Shown piece by piece: positions 29,887 through 33,213 of a stretch of DNA of 33,213 nt. Each line of letters begins with the position of its first letter. Position 1 is the first letter of the stretch. The stretch comes from Catajapyx aquilonaris (lineage: Eukaryota). The DNA lies in assembly GCA_000934665.2 (NCBI GenBank), contig JYFJ02004296.1:1-33213 (forward strand). Direction: 5' to 3'. The notes beneath the pieces are model-generated. The model was given only the letters and a program-made list of their open reading frames with translations. It made no database searches and was not told the origin of the DNA. Position numbers and translations under genes: made by a program.

Positions 29887-32122
29887 GGGCAGAGGAACAC
29901 CTCGCATGGTGAATGGAGGGTGAAAAGAGAATACGTGTTATGCATGACTCACCCGGCTGCGGTCCGATTTTCCCATGCAGCAGAACAAGAGTCGACATCG
30001 ATGGTTCCAGCTTTCCTGGTATGCTCGAATGACTTTCCTGCCAGATACAGACACTTGCCAGCCTCAGGATATTCGGCTCCCTGACACTCATCGAGGTGTG
30101 AAAACAGGAGGCTTCTCAAATAATGCATATCTTTAAATAAGGCAACAGCACTCTACGAGCGAACATTTTCTGCCAACTCGACTATCCAAAGATCACATAT
30201 TTTATGTCCCATTTAGGTCGGTCTCAAATTTGACATGATTCAGGCTATTGTCCTACTGGTCACTAAGCAGAAAGAGCAATATTTGAGAAGCACCCTGTCA
30301 TATCCAAATGACTGACCTTTGCCTCCAGTTGCGGTGCCTGCTTCCGGATCGCCGATACTTTCGGGTAATTTCTGAAGCCCTCATGCTCCTTTGGAAGCGC
30401 TTCATCTTGACCCAGGACCTACCGGCGGCGTCGAAAGTGCACCACACAGTCATCAGCACGCTCAGAGTCACCAGTCCGTTGCAGATCACCATTCCTAATA
30501 TCCAAATAAATTTTCAGTCAATATTGGGGTGCTACAGTCGCGGTCTCTCGTCGTATCACATATTAAGAAGACTCGACTTCATCAAAATTGCGGCGTATTC
30601 ATGTATGAAAATCCGTGCGATACTGTACGAGAGTTCGTGGCTATGCACCGATGCGAATAGCAATTTACTGTTGGCAGTTAATATTATGGACTTCCCTTTA
30701 TTGCACCAGCACAAAGAACTTACTGGTAACAAAATATTTTCATATATTCTAATTGGGTCGTCCTAACACGTGGAATGTTTGTGGCAATAATGTATTGTTT
30801 ACTGTGACAAAAATAGAGCGCCTGTCGCCATTCCCAAGGCTGACAGATGCATTTTTACTATACAGTACTTGTGATAACACGGTATAGAACGTACACGTTT
30901 CTGTATTTTTGAATAATAATAAAATGCTCGCCAATATGGCACGAAACATTTTACAATGATGCAATGTGTACAGTACCACACGCATGGTAGCAAATTAGCA
31001 AATATTTAAAGTATGAACGTGCAAGTAGAGGAATATATAATTTTGAAATGATATTTTCCTGTCTGGCTAAAACATCCAAATCAATAGTATAGGCATACAG
31101 GTCACAGCGAAATGAATGAGATCTCGGCTAATGACTTCAGCAATAATTGATATTCCAACTAGGCTAGCCAAGCACGAAATGCTTTATTGGAATCTTCTGC
31201 ACATGATATTTGGATACTCTACAATAACTTTCTAACACTAGCGATGTTTCATACCTAGCAAAACTTCTTGTGCGACATCCACTGGGCAGGAATGGTAATA
31301 GTAGCACAGCCACGTGATGCCTAAAGACAGCCAGGCCAGCTCCACACACAAGATGGCTGCCAGAGGGAAGAATAAAAACAAAATATATGCCACTTTAGAT
31401 TCCACTTTAGTAAATCTGGGCTTAAAAATAGACGAATCATTTAGCTTCTGGTGGTTATCATTAACTTCCTATTGTCCAAGTGACTCGAAGAGTAAACAAG
31501 ATTACTTGCTTTACCTAACCCAATGTTTACCTTGAAACAAACCAGCATCCTTTCCCGCCCATCCAAGTCATTTGGGCTCGTTTGTGCCTCTGCCAAATTT
31601 CCACAAGTTACGCTAACGTCCAATTTGTTGACTTGCTCCTGCCTTAAGCAAACATCAATATTTTCCTCAACCTCGAGAGGCAAGACACTAGTTCTCAATT
31701 ATCTTACGGTCGAGCTTGGGCTATATCTACAGCCGAGAAAGGCAAGTCATTTGATTTGCAACAATGACCTTGTTTACACTGGAGCCTCGTTTTAAGAGAA
31801 TCATGATTAGATGTATAGCCTGGGCACTCCCTTGCTCACAGTTCTTCTAGTACTTTGATCCATAAGAGAATATTGTTCAGGGGCGGGTGAAGGGTCAAAA
31901 TATTGCTCACCTAATCGGACATAAAGAAGGTATTGCGCAGGTGCTCTGAGAGTGGCGTCCAAGATGGTGCCTCTGAGTGCGACGACTGACAAGGCACCTT
32001 CGACCAAGGCGGCTCCGGCTAGAATGACCACATATCCCAGAAGGTGCTCCCATAGCTGCCATGCACATTGCTCAGAAGGCTCAAAGGGAACCACTCCCAA
32101 TACCACTGATACTGCAACTAAC
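11784..32122 (-). CDS. DAGLA: sn1-specific diacylglycerol lipase alpha (DAGLA / Drosophila inaE-like); first coding exon outside window
   Basis: Hand-spliced exons: 31911-32122, 31255-31356, 30317-30494, 29953-30037, 28028-28162, 25182-25384, 22607-22838, 22422-22499, 18456-18679, 16251-16667, [15405-15428 microexon], 14604-14736, 11784-13100; all GT-AG with consistent phase. Motifs: N-terminal TM helices, FFRDLDVVPSDVVAGLVLLR, YALAAYGWP, VVSIRGTLS, GHSLG (Ser codon 18554-18556), GKDVVPR (Asp), PLYPPGRIIH, DHMPD (His). The long C-terminal tail marks the alpha type. Confidence 0.96.
13813..14100 (+). mobile_element. tRNA-derived SINE
   Basis: A box TGGCCGAGATGG (13826-13837), B box GGTTCGATCCC (13870-13880), poor acceptor-stem pairing, followed by a non-tRNA body; 3' end approximate. 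Confidence 0.72.
14162..14184. repeat. (TAAA)n short tandem repeat
   Basis: Directly visible. Confidence 0.85.
14195..14407. mobile_element. MITE-like element with ~65-bp degenerate GC-rich TIRs and internal (TTAGG)2
   Basis: ctggcgtgcgggaggcggg...gggggcagc..gctgtgtcgc vs reverse complement ctggcgtgcgggatgcggc...gggggcagc..gctatgtcgc. Confidence 0.68.
14604..14736 (-). CDS. DAGLA: DAGL exon with catalytic His (FDQVLISPVMVQDHMPD)
   Basis: cag/GTAAGG, 133 nt. Confidence 0.94.
15405..15428 (-). CDS. DAGLA: DAGL 24-nt cassette microexon (E|QRYESRW|R)
   Basis: Minus strand: ttatctttttcctcttag|GCAGAGATACGAAAGTCGGTGGAG|gtacgt; phase 2/2, frame-preserving, no stop. Confidence 0.8.
16251..16667 (-). 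CDS. DAGLA: DAGL exon with catalytic Asp (GKDVVPR), regulatory loop and PLYPPGRIIH
   Basis: tag/GTAAGT, 417 nt. Confidence 0.94.
17182..17692. mobile_element. Non-autonomous PIF/Harbinger MITE, 511 bp
   Basis: 29-bp TIR AGGTGGGTTTATACTCCGCC(A/G)TAAGGGGC (1 mismatch), 3-bp TTA TSD at 17179-17181 and 17693-17695. Confidence 0.85.
18197..18248. repeat. 52-bp near-perfect palindrome
   Basis: agtctagaggagaaccggagaacct-ac-aggttctccggttctcctctagact. Confidence 0.92.
18456..18679 (-). CDS. DAGLA: DAGL exon with nucleophile elbow GHSLG
   Basis: cag/GTAATC, 224 nt, GMVQAAEYI...VGHSLGAGTAAIL...YSPPGGLL. Confidence 0.95.
19283..19496. mobile_element. Decayed fold-back MITE (Tc1/mariner-like CAGGGT..TA right end)
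   Basis: ~90-100-bp degenerate arms (ccccaagtcc..gttcaaaa..gattgtt..ctagt.caaagagaag); right end accctg|ta, left tip missing. Confidence 0.6.
20042..20200. repeat. Inverted repeat with 56-bp arms (2 mismatches), 47-bp spacer
   Basis: aaaatttggccacccataatcatttgctaagttacataacacaatagcgtcctata ... tataggacgctatcgtgttatgtaacttagcaaatgattatggctggccaaatttt. Confidence 0.88.
21111..21134. repeat. Poly(T)24 tract
   Basis: Directly visible; may be a retroposed poly(A) tail on the minus strand. Confidence 0.85.
22422..22499 (-). CDS. DAGLA: DAGL exon (DIVTDLNAEGEPLP...WLGHK)
   Basis: cag/GTTTGT, 78 nt. Confidence 0.93.
22607..22838 (-). CDS. DAGLA: DAGL exon (CCC...DDNCCLCN...ETPFFV...VVSIRGTLSMK)
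   Basis: cag/GTATTG, 232 nt. Confidence 0.93.
23934..24145 (+). mobile_element. Possible polypurine tract + 3' LTR remnant
   Basis: Purine-rich run 23934-23963, then TGT at 23968, AATAAA at 24081-24086, ...ACA at 24143/24145; no TSD or second LTR. Confidence 0.35.
25182..25384 (-). CDS. DAGLA: DAGL exon (HKNDTYQFLSGVAVT...YALAAYGWPMY...)
   Basis: cag/GTAAGC, 203 nt. Confidence 0.92.
26383..27712. mobile_element. Non-autonomous piggyBac-like element, 1330 bp, ~360-bp TIRs
   Basis: TTAA|CCCC...GGGG|TTAA (TSD 26379-26382 and 27713-27716); 26383-~26743 is a close reverse complement of ~27352-27712; no transposase ORF. Confidence 0.9.
28028..28162 (-). CDS. DAGLA: DAGL exon (NSFADIARLLSEFFRDLDVVPSDVVAGLVLLR...)
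   Basis: cag/GTAAAT, 135 nt. Confidence 0.94.
28545..28740. repeat. Two degenerate ~130-bp units of an interspersed repeat
   Basis: ggcgctgatttcagattcgatgtcaaaaatt..aaaatggc vs ggctctgatttcaaattcaatgtaaaaagtt..aaagtggc. Confidence 0.5.
29835..29882. repeat. (CT)24 microsatellite
   Basis: Directly visible. Confidence 0.97.
29953..30037 (-). CDS. DAGLA: DAGL exon (KVIRAYQESWNHRCRLLFCCMGKSDRSR)
   Basis: cag/GTGAGT, 85 nt; this frame is not in the ORF track. Confidence 0.92.
30317..30494 (-). CDS. DAGLA: DAGL exon (MVICNG...WCTFDAAGRSWVKMKR...RNWRQR)
   Basis: tag/GTCAGT, 178 nt. Confidence 0.92.
31255..31356 (-). CDS. DAGLA: DAGL exon (ILCVELAWLSLGITWL...EVLL)
   Basis: cag/GTATGA, 102 nt. 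Confidence 0.9.
31911..32122 (-). CDS. DAGLA: DAGL exon (LVAVSVVLG...LRGTILD...YLLYVRL)
   Basis: cag/GTGAGC, 212 nt, TM region. Confidence 0.9.
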
Positions 32123-32799
32123 CTGAAAATAAGGAACCGCATATTTAATACGGAGAAATACAGTATGCGAATAATTTGGAATTAAATTCTTCAAACCTGT
32201 TAATTATACCGACATGTATTTGAGGAATTACCCGTTTGGAAAGTCTGGATCACATTTCCTTCATTAAGAAATTATTCGCAGCATGAATAGCCTACTTAGT
32301 GCGAGATATTTTTCCCAACTACAGTAGGAAAGCCAGCATTAAAAATTAGGATCTTACAGTTAGTACATGCGATATTCATCAAGAGAGTATTGGAAATGAG
32401 AGAGGCTCCCGCGTAGTGCACTTAAAACACTTCAAAAGATGCCGCCATCCCCGCTTCAATATAATTAAGCAAATTTTCTAAAGTCATGGACTCATTTGGA
32501 TAATCCTCGTAGCAATTCTTATGCCCGTTTTTTACGAGAAAAGACTGAACAAAATCTCCTAATTCGTATAGACTATTCATAACACACAATTGCAGACTTT
32601 ATATTAATTTGCATTTATACAACCTGCCCCTAGTGTCCCAGGAGCCTCATTATGCTACTAACTTGTAATAGTCTTCTATTGATGAGAGAACAAGAAATAA
32701 TTAAACACTGTAGCTAGCTCATGCTTGGCGTAATTTAAGTAAGGGTGTGTGATCAATGTGATGTCATGATTACGAGTATTACTGTAGCCTATTATCTTG

Positions 32800-33121
32800 T
32801 TTTGTTAAGAGTAGAAGGAGTTAATATAATGCTGGGGTGATGTGCTTTGGCCCCCACCTGGGGGCATATCGCACGGACCTTTATTTGATGATGGTATACT
32901 GTATTTGGAGCGTATTCATTTGAAATGCCCGGGCCCACGGGCAGGATGACAGGAGGGGATGTGCAAGGTGCAGTGCAATGTCCTAATGTGGCCATTTTTA
33001 GTGAACTCCCCCGGGTGGTTTAGTCTATTGGAAATACCACCCGAGACGAAGCCAGAGGCGACCCTGAACTCTGCACGAGATGATGGGAGTGTCCCCAGGC
33101 GGGATTTGATCCCGGGACCTT
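32800..33121 (-). mobile_element. Second tRNA-derived SINE copy (5' truncated or interrupted)
   Basis: Minus strand aaggtcccgggatcaaatcccgcctgggga (degenerate B box) and gacattgcactgcacc..tcccctcc, both shared with the SINE at 13813. Confidence 0.55.
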
Positions 33122-33123
33122 AA

Positions 33124-33213
33124 AGGGACACTCCACTCAAAATGCAAGTTGGACTCTAAAAATCGGGCAAAAAATCCTGATTCCGAAGGTGCAATCGGTT
33201 TTTTTCTACGCGG
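33124..33213 (+). mobile_element. Left end of a Kolobok-like DNA transposon, running off the window
   Basis: TTAA (33120-33123) followed by AGGGACACTCCACTCAAAAT; TTAA TSD with RR terminus is typical of Kolobok; other end not visible. Confidence 0.5.

Noticed and set aside
29696..30091. ORFs with (SL)n and (ER)n runs
   Set aside because: Produced by the (CT)24 microsatellite; the real exon 29953-30037 uses another frame
30535..30643. Decayed inverted repeat (cagtcgcggtctctcgt.../...acgagagttcgtggcta)
   Set aside because: Arms too degenerate to call confidently without an alignment
32123..33213. DAGL first coding exon (expected MPG..F.RRW.VGSDD)
   Set aside because: Not found on the minus strand here; it presumably lies beyond the window

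Overview
Eukaryotic genomic DNA, most likely arthropod (protein style, short GT-AG introns, TTAGG-containing repeats). It holds two intron-rich genes in tandem on the minus strand, both running off the window. (1) A diacylglycerol lipase alpha (DAGLA/inaE-like) gene: 12 constitutive coding exons from 32122 down to the stop at 11784, an intact Ser-Asp-His triad and a 438-aa low-complexity tail ending -ESSV. Its first coding exon lies beyond the right edge. (2) An MRP1/ABCC1-like long ABC transporter: ATG at 7799 and 21 exons (1107 codons, TMD0-TMD1-NBD1-start of TMD2) down to 865, continuing past the left edge. I spliced both genes by hand, and every junction is GT-AG with consistent phase. The introns are rich in non-autonomous elements: a 1.33-kb piggyBac-like element with ~360-bp TIRs, a Harbinger MITE, two related tRNA-derived SINEs, a Kolobok-like end, a possible LTR remnant and many fold-back hairpins. 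The best hidden signal is a frame-preserving 24-nt DAGL microexon (15405-15428), invisible in the ORF track, with a downstream Rbfox motif. I see no CRISPR array, prokaryotic operon or clearly new multi-gene system.
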